From Tubiluchus corallicola (taxonomy: Eukaryota > Animalia > Priapulida), in contig JAQGDQ010000200.1 of NCBI GenBank assembly GCA_030141605.1, forward strand, positions 310,001 to 374,000: a stretch of DNA of 64,000 bases, given 5' to 3'. How positions within the stretch are numbered: position 1 is the first letter of the stretch; every line of letters begins with the position of its first letter. The notes beneath the pieces were generated by a model that did not search any database, was not told where the DNA came from, and saw only the letters and a list, made by a program, of their open reading frames with translations. Shown piece after piece: positions 63,901 through 64,000 of this stretch. The position numbers and the translations under genes were made by a program.

Positions 63901-64000
63901 TGTATTGACAATGAATCTGTTGTAACTTGTTATGAAAATTTGGTTAATACTAATTAATCATTAACGCCTACATCATCTTTCCCACAAGAGATAAACAAAT

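Noticed and set aside
1-64000. Prokaryotic-type systems (CRISPR, operons, defence islands) and a ChAT/VAChT cholinergic locus
   Set aside because: The sequence is spliceosomal-intron eukaryotic DNA; no repeat-spacer array and no ChAT or VAChT coding motifs were seen.

Overview
AT-rich animal (probably invertebrate) genomic DNA. The window holds two complete, intron-containing, same-strand (+) paralogs of the high-affinity choline transporter SLC5A7/CHT1 (SLC5 sodium:solute symporter family). Copy 1 has its CDS at 4624-10702 (8 coding exons, 593 aa by manual splicing). Copy 2 has its CDS at 48976-60986 (8 coding exons, 575 aa). All seven introns are shared in position and phase. The aromatic choline-binding residues appear retained in both copies, but each carries different core substitutions and a different C-terminal trafficking tail, consistent with an old tandem duplication followed by functional divergence. 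The ~38 kb between them is repeat-rich: Tc1/mariner-like and hAT-like MITEs, tRNA-derived SINE fragments, L2/CR1-type LINE ends, a foldback element in (TA)n and large compound microsatellites. It also contains one unexplained minus-strand coding-like island at 15.8-16.4 kb. No intact tRNA, rRNA or CRISPR array was seen. Most ORFs in the supplied track are artefacts of simple repeats or are exon read-throughs. Comparisons with human CHT1 rely on recalled sequence and need confirmation by alignment.
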